Of a DNA stretch of 38,538 bases, positions 21,611 through 33,610 are shown in pieces. The first letter of the stretch is position 1. Each line of letters starts with the position of its first letter. The notes beneath the pieces were generated by a model. It was not told the origin of the DNA and made no database searches. It saw only the letters and a program-made list of their open reading frames with translations. A program made the position numbers and the translations under genes. The DNA is from Octopus bimaculoides (Eukaryota): assembly GCF_001194135.2 (NCBI RefSeq), contig NC_069001.1, forward strand, positions 7,183,480 to 7,222,017, in the 5' to 3' direction.

Positions 21611-23827
21611 NNNNNNNNNNNNNNNNNNNNNNNNNNNNNNNNNNNNNNNNNNNNNNNNNNNNNNNNNNNNNNNNNNNNNNNNNNNNNNNNNNNNNNNNNN
21701 NNNNNNNNNNNNNNNNNNNNNNNNNNNNNNNNNNNNNNNNNNNNNNNNNNNNNNACTGCCCTTTATGTTAGTCATATTGTAAGGTCTCTCCTTCTCTCAC
21801 TCTCTATATCTTTTATCTTTGTTTTGCGTGCTTCAGTTATTGGGTGGCAGCCATAGTGGGGCATTGCCTGGAAGGGTTCAGTTGAACAAATCAACCCCAG
21901 TACTTTTTTTTTTATTTATTTATTCTTTTCTGTACAGCCTGGGATTTATTCCATCTGTTTCTTCTTTGCCGAACCACTAACTTACAGGAACATAAACAAA
22001 ACAAACAAACAAACACCAGTTGTCAAATGGCCAGGGGGGACAAACACACACACACACACATCGTGCTAGCACCACATTAAAAGCACCCAGTCCACTCTGT
22101 AAAGTGGGCAACATTAGGAAGAGCATCTAGTTGTAGAAACCATGCCAAAACAGACAATGGAGCCTGGTGCAGCCGTCCGACTTGCCAGCTTCTGCCAAAC
22201 CATTCAACCCATGCCAGCATGGAAAACAGACATTAAATAATAATGGTGATGATGTATGTGTGCGTATGTGTTTGTCTCTGATACCAAAACATACTGTCAC
22301 CAAAACAGGTTAAATATCCAGTCAACCATGACAAATCATCAGCGCCGAAACAACTGTGCCCAATCGTCTCAGTCTGCTGTAGCCATCTTAATCACACAAC
22401 AATGACCACTTTCACAATGCAGTGTAGAATGCAATATAAGCTAAAAATACCCAGATCCATTAGATATATTTATATCGGATTTTATAGAGAAAAATAATTT
22501 CATGGATGAGTGAACGTTTTTTTTTTTTGAGTTCTGTAGAATGTCTTTGTTCATTTGAAAATATGGACTCTTTGTATTCCACTATGAAGATAGCACACAT
22601 TCTAGAAATTATATCACACTGTGAAGGCAGTAACACATTGTGGAGACAGCCTTCATTGTTTTGGAGTTGATAAAATAAAGTAACAGCCAAAAGTAAGGGG
22701 GTGGGGGTTGACAAAATCAACTAATCACCTCCGTCTAAAAATTACTGGCTTTCCGATTCCTCACATTCTGAGTTCAGATACCACTGAACTCACCTCGTCT
22801 TATTCTCTCCTGCATGGTTGCTTATTTATACCTCAACAGCTTTTGTTGCTGATGGTACCAAATTGAACAACGTTTGCAATAAGGTGTTGAAACTGTGATG
22901 ACTTTGGTTGATAAATGATGAGTGGTGGTGCATCCATGTCCTTTATGTGGTTTTTACTTATTTTCTTTATGTTTTTTTTGTTGTTTTCCAGTATTACATT
23001 TCACTATTAAATGTGTGTGCATATACATATATATAAATAGATAGATAGATATATGTGTCTGCCATAGAAGCTAGTATGTCCAGCTTCAATGCAGATCTCT
23101 CAGCCCATCCTTTCGATGCTTTGGTTCCCCACCAACTTCTCCTGCACAACTTAACCTATTTAAACATGAAACAAAAAAATTATCTTCCTCAAGTAACAGA
23201 ATAAACCAGTTTTCTGACCATATTTAGAAAATTTGGAAAGTTTGTTTCCTCAAGTGTATTCTAAAGCCACTTAACTACTCACAGAAGTAGATAAAAGTGT
23301 TTCCGTCTTGTCTTCAATACCATTTATACAAAACAATGAACATTTCTACAATTATCATTATTATTATTATGATTATTATTAACAATTTTAAGATTTCTTT
23401 TACTAACTGGGAAAATGACCCAAAAACGCTTAGGATGAGGGAATAAGATTCACTTTTTCCGCTCTGTGTGTGTGTGTGTGTGTGAGTGTATGCATGTATA
23501 TATATGTTTAAATGTGTAAAAATATGCATGCATACACACATACACATATGTACATATACATACATATATATGTACATATACATATACACGTACATATATA
23601 CATATACCTACATACATACATATACCTACATACATACATATACATATGCATACATACACACACATATATATATATATATCTCCTTGTTTCTTTCTGTGTT
23701 ACTTTCTGTGGAAGAGAGTAGGCTTGAAACGTTTAAGACTTTTCCAATTCCTGAGCGTTATACTAATACATCTATTTGTTGTCTACACCACCTGTCTTCG
23801 TCTGTTGTTGTTTTGTGAATTCTCCCT

Positions 23828-23876
<49 letters not shown>

Positions 23877-24178
23877 CATACATATACATACATATAAATA
23901 AATAAATATATATATACACACACACACATATATATATACACACACACACACACATATACATCACCATTTAACATCCGTCTTCCATGCTAGCGTGGGTGGG
24001 ATAGTTTCACAAGAGCCGGCCAGGCAGAAGCCTGCACCCACACTTCTGTGACTGTTTCGGCAGGATTCTTATGGCTGGATGCCCTTCCTAACACCAACCA
24101 CTCAGCAGAGTGGACTTAGTGCTTTGTTGAGTGGTTGGTGTTAGGAAAGGTACCCAGCTGTAAAAAACCTGCCAAATA

Positions 24179-24765
24179 CAGGGTGCGATGGATAAATTGT
24201 CACCATTTTATATTTTCAATTTCGTGCATGCACATTGTTCATTTTTGATTTTGTCAATGACACAGTATAAAAGGGGCAGTTGGGCACCAGCTGTGAGAAA
24301 AACAACACTATGGTGCAATTCACTCTACCAGAAATTTGGAAACAACATGCTGTACTGCTTCGCATTTGCACCGGAAGCTCTAGTATGAACATTTCAGAGT
24401 GTTTAGACATTAATCTGAGGACAGTGCATGTACCGAGAGTGATAAAAATCAAACATCCAGTCAACATCTTGGTGTTTGGAGTGATCACTAGTGATGGCAA
24501 TGTTATGTCTCCATTCATCTTCCCACATGGCCTCACACTCAACAAAGAAGCCTACATCAAGAGCCAGGAGGAGGTAGTGCTGCCCTGGGTCAAGAGGGTG
24601 GCTGCTGGAAGACCCTATGTCTGGAAACAAGACCCTACACCATGCCATACAAGCAGGAGATCCCAGTCATGGCTGTCAGACAATTTCTGCGACCACAACA
24701 CCCCTAACATCTGGCCACCTAACACCCCAAGCTGCAATCCCCTTGATTATTTGGTGTGGGAGCAA
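24179..24765 (+). mobile_element. Internally deleted Tc1/mariner transposon of the DD37D (maT) type; transposase pseudogene
   Basis: Begins TA|CAGGGTG. ORF MVQFTLPEIWKQHAVLL...ISECLDINLRTV is fused in frame to ...VFGVITSDG...WKQDPTPCH...WPPNTPSCNPLDYLVW. 37 residues separate the last two Asp. The first Asp region and the right TIR are absent. Confidence 0.8.
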
Positions 24766-24814
24766 ATATACATGCATATATATATATATATCTAAATATA
24801 TATATTCTTTTATT

Positions 24815-25190
24815 CTTTTACTTGTTTCAGTGATTTGACTGTGGCCATGCTGGAACACTGCCTTTAGTTGAACTAATTGACCCAAAGAATTATTCTTAGT
24901 AAGCCTAGTACATATTCTATCAGTCCCTTTTGCCAAACAGCTGAGTTACGGGGACATAAACACACCAACATCAGTGACAACCGATGGTGGGGAGACAAAC
25001 ACAGACACACAAATACATACATACATACATATATGACAGGCTTCTTTCAGTTTCCGTCTACCAAATTCACTCACAAGGCTTTGGTTAACCTGAGGCTATA
25101 GTAGAAGACACATGCCCAAGGCACCGCGCAGTGGGACTGAACTCGGAACCATGTGGCTGGCAAGTAAGCTACTTATCACACAACCACTCC
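24815..25190 (-). mobile_element. Near full-length SINE family A
   Basis: Colinear with the copy at 19485-19869. Confidence 0.85.
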
Positions 25191-25713
25191 GTGTAAATTT
25201 ATATGTTTTAAAACTTCCATTTCTCCCATTTTTTGCACAAGTATGACTGGGATGGTTACTTTGTCTAAAGAATCTAAGTGCCATTCCTCTTCATCCATCT
25301 GATGACCACTCAAGCAATCAAGTGGCTGCAGATGGAAGCTGTTTACGAACCAGGCAAAATCATTACACTCCCCCATTACCATCACCTGGTATTTAATAGG
25401 GTTTATCTTAGCACTATAATCCTGCTGCTATCTTACATTTTTTTTTTTTACTAAACTAATACTGAATTATCTATCTATTGCATCTTTAATGTTTGGTACT
25501 ATTTTCGAAGGATATTGTAGGGTAGGTGTGAGAGGCCAGATCTGGCCAGTTTGAACATTAAGCAGGTGCCTCTTTAAACAGGAAAAGGGTTAAGTTTGAC
25601 GCTTATTCTATCGGTCACTTTTGTTAAACTGCTAAGTTACAGGGACGTAAACAAACCAACACCTGTTACAAAGCGGTGAGACAGGCAAACATGATAAGCT
25701 TCCACACAGTTTC

Positions 25714-25944
25714 CTATTTCTTTATTGCCCACAAGGGGCTACACACAGAGGGGACAAACAAGGACAGACAAAGGGATTAAGTCGATTATATCGACCCCAG
25801 TGTGTAACTGGTACTTAATTTATCAATCCCGAAAGGATGAAAGGCAAAGTCGACCTCGGCGGAATTTGAACTCAGAACATAACGGCAGATGAAATACCGC
25901 TAAGCATTTCGCCTGGCGTGCTAACGATTCTGCCATCTCGCCGC
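25714..25944 (-). mobile_element. Full-length SINE family B with a perfect 15-bp target-site duplication, nested in a family A copy
   Basis: cttccacacagtttc at 25699-25713 and 25945-25959. Family A sequence resumes on both sides. Confidence 0.88.
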
Positions 25945-26386
25945 CTTCCACACAGTTTCTGTCTACCAATTTCACTCGCAAGGCAATGGTTTGCCAGGGC
26001 TACAGTAGAAGACAGTCAGCCAAGGTGCCACTTAGAAGGATTGAACCTAAACCATGTGGCTTCAAAGTAAGCTTCTTAACCAAACAGCCAGCAGAGTAAT
26101 TTTCAATATACACATACATGCCTTTACAATAAATAATCCATTCTTCATTAGGCACAAGGCCTGAAATTCGGGGTCAGGGGAGCTAATGGATTACATTAAC
26201 CCCCAGTGCTTAACTGGTACTTATTTTATCAACCCTAAGAGAATGACAGACAAAATCACCCTTCGCAGCATTTGGGCTCACAATATGAAGACAGATGAAG
26301 TACCACTAAGCATTTTATGATAACAACTCTGACAGCTCACCAAATAAGCACAGGCACACATAAAAGGAGAAAGCAGGTTTACTCAC

Positions 26387-26611
26387 CTATCGACCCAAGA
26401 TCTCTGTTCTTCTTTGTTTTTACAAGAGTAATACATGTTGCCAGTCTGGGTTGGAATGCTGAAACATTCATTCTGTCCCAGAAGGCTGTTGTGAACAGGC
26501 CTTATGTCCAATCTTCCTGTGTTGTTTAGCTCGATGTTGTGCATGTTCGACTGATTCGTCAGCAAGGACTCATGGGAACGAGACGTCCGTATTCTTGAGC
26601 TAATGATTGAT
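26387..26611 (-). CDS. DAB2IP/RASAL2-like (raskol): RasGAP exon, PH domain part (SIISSRIRTSRSHESLL...PVHNSLLGQNECFSI...YYSCKNKEEQRSWVD)
   Basis: 225 nt, tttcag acceptor, AG|gtgagt donor, phase 2-2. Resembles the family PH segment RSHESLL...PVHSSILGQ..CF...SC....ERDKW. Confidence 0.93.
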
Positions 26612-26846
26612 CTGAAACGAACAGAAAATATCAACAGATAACAGGGTTTCAAAATCAGACACAGAAGGATTGTACTTAGAGCAGGGGGGGAAAAAAAGGT
26701 CCAGAGAGTGTTCACAAATTATGTTTACAATTTGAAAAAAAATTCAGGAGAAAAAAAGAAGGGGGGTAACTCTGTAGTTTGCATGCAACCAATGAAAGGA
26801 ACCCACATGGAAGTGTTCTGATGTCTCCAATAAAGCTTGGTTTTGT

Positions 26847-27165
26847 CTTTTGCTTGTTTCAGTCATTAGACTGTGGCCATGCTGGAGCACTGCCTTGACG
26901 AATGTTAAGTCAAACGCGTCAACATTAGCACTTAAATTTCTAAACCTGGTACTTATTCTATTGGTCTCTATTGCCGAACTGCTAAGTTATGGTAATGTAA
27001 GCACACCAACACCAGTTATCAAGCTGTGGTGGGGAACAAACCCAGACACAAAGACATACACACACATATATATATAAGATAGGCTTTCAGTTTCCGCTTA
27101 CCAAATCCACTCACAAGGCTTTGGTCGGCCCGAGGCTATAGTAGAAGACACTTGCCCAAGGTAAG
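26847..27165 (-). mobile_element. SINE family A copy
   Basis: Colinear with the other family A copies. Confidence 0.8.
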
Positions 27166-28584
27166 AAGACACTTCTTGCCACACAACTATCCCTGCAAAA
27201 ACCTATAACCAAGAATGAAACCATTAGGCTATAGGCTGGTCCCCTTATCTTGCATTCAGCTAGCACATTAGAGTGAATATAAAGAACGCTGGCACCACTT
27301 AGAACATTATATCCCTCTTATATACACACACACACACACACACACACATACATATAGTCCAACCCATGCCAGCATGGAAAACAGATGTTAAATGATGATG
27401 AAGATAATTTTAAATCGTACATAATTAAAGTTTTGGAGTGTGTGCATGGGTGTGTGTGTGTAGAAGGTGGGAGTGCACGGCTAGATAATTAACAGCAGTA
27501 ATAAATATGTGAAGACATTAATACCATATGGCTCTATACCTTTGGATTAAAAGTTCAGGTGTCACAGCTCAGTTGGATCGTGTCAGGAGAAACATGACTA
27601 AAAGACACGCACACGCATGCACGCACACATATTACATATTACGAGTGAAAAAGGACGTGTATAAAGGGTGAAAGGGAGAGTGTTAAGGGAGAGATATAGA
27701 AAGTACGTTGGGTTAGGGTGAAGGAGTTACCAAATATCAGAACTTAAGGGATTATATATCACTAGATTTCTACCAAATATGGCCAGGCTCCATACATAAC
27801 AAGATTTATGGCAGCCTGCAAGATTAGCTTTAAAGGCTGTAAACACTCTTTTCAAAAGTAAAAAGAATAAAAATAAATAAATAAAATACAACAAACAACA
27901 AAAAATAAATATATTAATGATATAGAATGAAATAAGGTACAAGTCCTTACAAATTGGTTATTTTGGCGCCGCAATAATATCTTTAACTTTGGGGCCAGTT
28001 CTAACATTACCGTATTCTGTGTTGGTTTAAAGAACACCAGGGTATAAGGAATTTCTGCTAGCAGACTGTGACATTGGTGCAGACTTTTTTTTTGTTATCT
28101 CATTATGGATATAATTTCAAAAAGCTTTAAAGTTATTTTCGTTTCCCTGCCTGATACATATATGTAACCTACACTTAACTGTATGTTCTTTATGCAGAAT
28201 GCATCCCTGCTAAATTATCCAGTATCAATATTTCAAATAATGTTCATACACATTACACATACAGTCAGTCACTCACTGTAAAATCTGGTTGTTACATAAC
28301 AAACAGTGTCTGGTAGTTATGTATTAAACTGTATGTATTAGGCTTAGTCTGGTAGTTAGATATTAGTGTGTACCTCGCTGAAGAATTCTAATAAGACTGA
28401 AACATGTTCAGAGTTATATCCCGTCCCTATTAAACATATCCTCCTTTATATGTCTTGTTCTCTCTCTCTCGACCTACTTGCTAAGAGTTATAATTACTGC
28501 TAATTATTTTTCTTGCCATTACATGGGTAATTTCAATCAGTTAATAAGTAAATATTATATTTGGCTCATTACATTATAGAAGCA

Positions 28585-29055
28585 CAGGTGTAGCCGTGTG
28601 ATTAAGAAGCTTGCTTCCAAGCCACATGTTCTTGGGTTCAGTTCTACTTCATGGCATCTTGGGCCAGTGTTTTCCACTATAGCCCTGGGCTGACTAAAAG
28701 CCTCGATAGAATTTGGTAGACGGAAACTGAAAGAAGCACTTTGAAAATATATTTACATGGGTTTGTATGTAACTTTGTCTTGACATCATGTGATGGTTGT
28801 AAATGAGCATCCCTGTTATACAAGCAGTGTTGTTAATTTTCAGTCTTTCATGGAAAACATGTCTGACCACGGGGAATTAAAACCTTACCAGGGAAACAGT
28901 CACAGGCTCGAGAACATATATGGAAATAGATGAGGATTGGCAACAGGAAGAGTATCCAGCTATGAAAAAATAGATCAGCCCCAACATATTCTGTACCGAC
29001 CCATGCAAGCATGGAAAAGCAGAAGCTAAATGATGATGATGATGATGATGATGAC
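28585..29055 (+). mobile_element. Composite SINE: family A head plus an alternative body and ccatgcaagcatggaaaag...gatgatg tail
   Basis: Head gtgtagccgtgtgattaagaagcttgcttcc...ttgggccagtg. The body gttgtaaatgag...tacaagcagtgt also occurs at about 11190-11440 and 35720-35980. Confidence 0.7.
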
Positions 29056-29122
29056 AATGATGAAATTAAACTGTATGGTAGAAATTGTTTGTTTTTCAAA
29101 CAGCAACAAAGAGTAAGATTAA

Positions 29123-29166
<44 letters not shown>

Positions 29167-30000
29167 GTTGGAGCACCATCCTAGAAGCATGAACAATAAT
29201 TCAGTATTGTCTATAAAATAGCTGCCAGTACCACTTAGAATATTATATCTTTCTGATGATATACATCAGAGAACTTATATACATCAGAACTGATATATAT
29301 CAGAGAACTTTTATCTTATTTATTTCATTTTGCTTTTATTTTATTGTCGAAGAGAATAATAAAAGGAATTACAAATCAGCAGAGTTCAACAAATTTAGTC
29401 TAAGATAATGGTATTCAAGTGGTGCTTACCATTCCACTCCTGAAAATAGCAGTAATTATATGCAGATAAAAAAAAAAATAGTTAATTTGAATAACGGTTT
29501 AGAGAAAGATGTGATGATTATCTTTCCTATGAAGAGAAATATTAGACATTGCTCTGAGTGAAGCTGGATTATTTGAAATATCGCTTCCTAATTGTGTTAA
29601 TAATTAAAATAGAAAGATGATTGGCCAATCTGATGGATAGGATTGGGGGCAGGAAGGAAGCTATTTCGTTATCTTTTTATCGTTTGCTTGTTTCAATCAT
29701 TGGATGGCAGCCATGCTGGGGCACCGCCTCGAAGGGTTTAATACAACAGATGGAGCCCAGTCTGTGTTTTTGTTTTGTTTTTTTTTTTCTATTCAGTCTG
29801 TTACTTATTCTATTGGTCTCTTTCACTGAACTGTTTAAGTTATTGGGACAAAAACAAACCAACACCTGTCGTCAAGTGGTGGTGGCGGCGGTGGTGGTGA
29901 AACAAACACAATGACACACATGTACATGTATATATATGTGTATGCCCTCTTGTCATCCGTTAATTTTATTTGTTTATCTAAACTGATTATTTAAATTGAC

Positions 30001-30032
<32 letters not shown>

Positions 30033-30254
30033 TATACAGACGACAGGCTCCCTCCTACACAATTTCTGTCTACCAATATCAATGTGAAACAATAAGTAGG
30101 CATCAACATGTTAAACAGATTTTAAAGAGTCACCAACCATAACAGAGAGCTGGATGGCATGAACAAAGATAATTTAGAGCTTATTTTATATAGAAATTAC
30201 AGAAATGTACTTGCATAGCAAGTGACCTGATCTGAGATTGTGTGCTGGAACGAA

Positions 30255-30463
30255 AACAATTGCAGTGTGGAAGGTGTTTATAAACCATTTAAAAACACAC
30301 AAAAATCGTTTAGATTCACTTCACGAAATTTTGTCAGTGAACAGGTCACGGTTTCAAAGTGACGAAAATATTTTGGCAAATTAAATTTAAATGTTGAAGT
30401 GAATCTAACGGTTTTTGTGTGTTTCTTAAATGGCTTATAAACACCCTCCATGCTGCATTTGTT
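30255..30463. repeat. Long imperfect inverted repeat, arms of ~63-69 bp, spacer of ~71 nt
   Basis: tgcagtgtggaaggtgtttataaaccattt...gattcacttca (30261-30323) pairs with tgaagtgaatc...aaatggcttataaacaccctccatgctgca (30395-30457). Confidence 0.9.
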
Positions 30464-30477
30464 TATATAGAAAAATT

Positions 30478-30725
30478 TTCATGATAACAACAATGAAAAT
30501 GATGACGATGATGATGACAATGATAATGACAATGATGAAGTTGATGAGGATGATGATAACGACAATGGTGAAGTTAATGATGACAACATCAATGATGACA
30601 ACAAGGAGGTTGATGAGAATGTTGAGGATAATGAGCAGAACCATTAAGATGATAATGGCAATGACGAAGAAGATGATGACAACAATGATGAAGATGATGA
30701 TGATGACAACAGTGATGATGATGAT
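30478..30725. repeat. Degenerate (GAT/GAC/AAT)n trinucleotide tract
   Basis: Source of the low-complexity poly-Met/Ile ORFs in the track. Confidence 0.85.
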
Positions 30726-30732
30726 GTTGTTG

Positions 30733-31118
30733 GCACTCCGTCGCTTACGACATCGAGGGTTCCAGTTGATCCGATCAACGGAACAGCCTGCTCGTGAAAT
30801 TAACGTGCAAGTGGCTGAGCACTCCACAGACACGTGTACCCTTAACGTAGTTCTCGGGGATATTCAGCGTGACACAGAGTGTGACAAGGCTGACCCTTTG
30901 AATTATAGGCACAACAGAAACAGGAAGAAAGAGTGAGAGAAAGTTGTGGTGGAAGAGTACAGCAGGGTTGGCCACCATCCCTNNNNNNNNNNCAGAGACT
31001 CGTGGAGCTTTAGGTGTTTACGCTCAATAAACACTCACAACACTCGGTCTGGGAATCGAAACCGAGATTCTATGACCGCGAATCTGCTGCCCTAACCACT
31101 GGGCCATTGCGCCTCCAC
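30733..31118 (-). mobile_element. tRNA-derived SINE with a CpG-rich body
   Basis: Minus-strand head gtggaggcgcaatggcccagtggttagggcagcag...ggtttcgattcccagacc (A/B boxes). The tail runs into the (CAT)n-like tract. Confidence 0.75.
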
Positions 31119-31899
31119 TAATAATGATGTATACTAATGCAAATTAACAACACCTTGTCAGCATCAATATCAGAAATAAAACAAGGCTAGGTATGGTTTA
31201 TGCAAAAGACAATACATTTCACTAAAATTTCTTTATTCCTCGAAAAGAGACCAAGTCTGGGCAGGAAACATCGAATGGTGTTGCAGGGAATTTTTCAAAT
31301 GAAACACCAAAGATCAAATACCTTATTAGCATAGTATTTCCATTTAATGGCGCTAGACATGAAAAGCTTACCATTCCACTTGAAATGAAGAAGTGAAGCA
31401 AAGCCATTAAAATACTCGCTCGTGGCAGCATACCAAAGAAATGGTATGAAAAGGCACAGCAATAATGTGACAGAAAAACCAACAAGACAAACAACAAAAT
31501 GAGTTTGATCTCCAACAAGTTTTTCAAACAGAAATGGCTTTTATCAAGTATGGAATCAGACATGTAAATGGTGCTAAGTACCGAATAAAGAAACTGATAC
31601 AGAAGTTAGCGGTGCGTGGCCGGAATTTGGTCGGGAGGAGAAACGGAGATGGAGACTTTTTGAGAAGTCAGAGTATTATCCAATAAATTATTTTTATTAT
31701 CATTGTCGTTGTTGCTGCTGTTATTTTCTGAGTTCAAAATCCGCCTAGGTCAATGTTGCTTTTCATCCTTTCGGGTGGGGACAATAAAATTATTACCAAT
31801 TCAACACTGGGAGGGGGGTATATGTAATCGACTTATCCCAGACATTAACATACACACACTCACACACATTCATATATACATACACACACATACATATAC

Positions 31900-31930
31900 A
31901 GCCATACATACACCACATATATATTTACAC

Positions 31931-31977
<47 letters not shown>

Positions 31978-32012
31978 TACACACACACCCCCACATACAT
32001 ATGCATACAGAC

Positions 32013-32105
<93 letters not shown>

Positions 32106-32110
32106 GAGAA

Positions 32111-32147
<37 letters not shown>

Positions 32148-32150
32148 TAC
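31900..32150. repeat. Compound microsatellite (TA)n-(CA)n-(GA)n-(GACA)n
   Basis: Directly visible. It is representative of dozens of TA/CA/GA/ATT/GAT tracts across the window. Confidence 0.95.
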
Positions 32151-32499
32151 TAAAGGATTCTTGCAATTTCTGTCAGTTACATATAAGCCAATCAACTGAG
32201 AGTAGCTCAACCAACAGAGATGATAAAAGACAGGATAAAGATCCTTCCCGAGTTACACAGACTCATGGAGCTGGTTTCCCAGTTTCCCTGTTGCAATAAT
32301 TCGCTCCTGGATAGGACACAAGTCACTTGTAGGATTACTCACTTTTGACACTATGTTCTGAGTTCAAATTCCACCATGGTCGACTTGGCCTTTCATCCTT
32401 TCGGGGTCAATAAATTAAGTACCTGTAGAGTACAGGGGGCGGTGTAATTGACTTACCCTTCCCACAAAATTCCAGGCCTTGTGCCTTTAGTAGAAAGGA

Positions 32500-32886
32500 T
32501 TGTTACCTCCACCTTAGTGAAGGCAGAGGTATTGTTTTCAGTTGTGTTTGTTTGTTTGTTTGTCCGTGGACAAGATATCTCAAGAACCACTGGATAGATT
32601 CGGATGAAACTTTCAGGGATGCTTGATCTTGTAACTGGCACAAACTGATTAGATTTTGGGATCGATCCGGTACCACACAAGAATTCTGGATTATTTTTCC
32701 TGTTTTTTTGTTGTTTTTTTTTTACTTAATATTTGAGAGTGGTCGGGTTCATTTTTAGTATTCTCGTTTGTCAGAGCCATCAAGTTCATTTTAGATATTC
32801 TCATTTTAAAAATCATCTCTGGCTAAACATTGAGAAGACGCTGGTGTTGCCTTGGCATAAGTTTGCGCTTTCTGAATGCTCTTGTT
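32500..32886 (+). mobile_element. Non-autonomous Helentron-associated (HINE/DINE-1/Pearl-like) element
   Basis: Starts ttgttacctccacc...gaggtattgttttc, has a (GTTT)n-GTCCGT microsatellite, and ends ccttggcataagtttgcgctttctgaatgctcttgtt. Sits in the (ATT)n tail of a family B SINE. Confidence 0.5.
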
Positions 32887-33042
32887 ATTATAATTACTAC
32901 GAGTTCAAATTCCACCAAGGCTGATTTTTGCTTCTCATCCTTTTGGGGATTAATAAAATAAGTACCAGTGAAATACTGGGTTTGACACAATCAACTTATC
33001 TCCTCCCACAAAATGTCTGGCCTTGAGCCCTTAGTAGAAAGG

Positions 33043-33095
<53 letters not shown>

Positions 33096-33571
33096 ATCTT
33101 CAATACTCCAGTTTTACTTTGTAAGTATGTGAGTTACTTTGTAGTCTTTGTTGTTGTTTTACAATTAGCTTCTATTTTTTTTATCATTTGTATTTTATTC
33201 ATCGCTTTTAATAACGAAAGTCTTTTCGTTTGTTCGTTAAGCTTTGTTGCTTCATCTCGTTTCCACCTCCCACTGTCACCACCACCACCACCACCACCAC
33301 ACACACAATTTTAATAATATTCTATTCTGATATTTAATAGTTCCCTTGGGTATATTTACATATGTTACACTTGCTTCAGCAGCTACACAGTTATCGTCTC
33401 GTATATAAAAAGTGAGTGTATATATATATATATATGTGCATGTGTATGTGTCTCTGTTGGGGGTATATAATATATTCATTAAGTTTTCTGTATCAATATT
33501 CATATCAGAACCTTTACAACGAAGCTGGCTGCACATTTAATCTTCACATAAAATGTGTATGTATGTGCATG

Positions 33572-33610
<39 letters not shown>

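Larger units (their letters stand above)
4790..26611 (-). other. DAB2IP/RASAL2-like (raskol): Multi-exon RasGAP gene, SYNGAP1/DAB2IP/RASAL2 (raskol/nGAP) family: PH-C2-RasGAP-long disordered region; 5' and 3' ends not resolved
   Basis: 13 exons with AG acceptors and GT/GC donors chain in consistent phases (2-2, [missing], 2-2, 2-1, 1-2, 2-0, 0-1, 1-0, 0-2, 2-1, 1-2, 2-0, 0-0, 0-0). Translation gives family motifs [97 protein letters not shown]. Confidence 0.95.

Noticed and set aside
25176-25385. 69-aa minus-strand ORF with protein-like composition
   Set aside because: No recognisable homology and no donor giving a compatible exon. It runs into a SINE.
27951-28046. Candidate exon with a GTAAGG donor upstream of the PH exon
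   Set aside because: The frame needed to join the PH exon (phase 2) contains a stop, and the open frame has no family similarity.
31040-31118. tRNA gene (also the heads at ~8470-8546 and ~19790-19869)
   Set aside because: A/B-box-like heads continue into SINE bodies and do not close a cloverleaf. They are tRNA-derived SINE heads.
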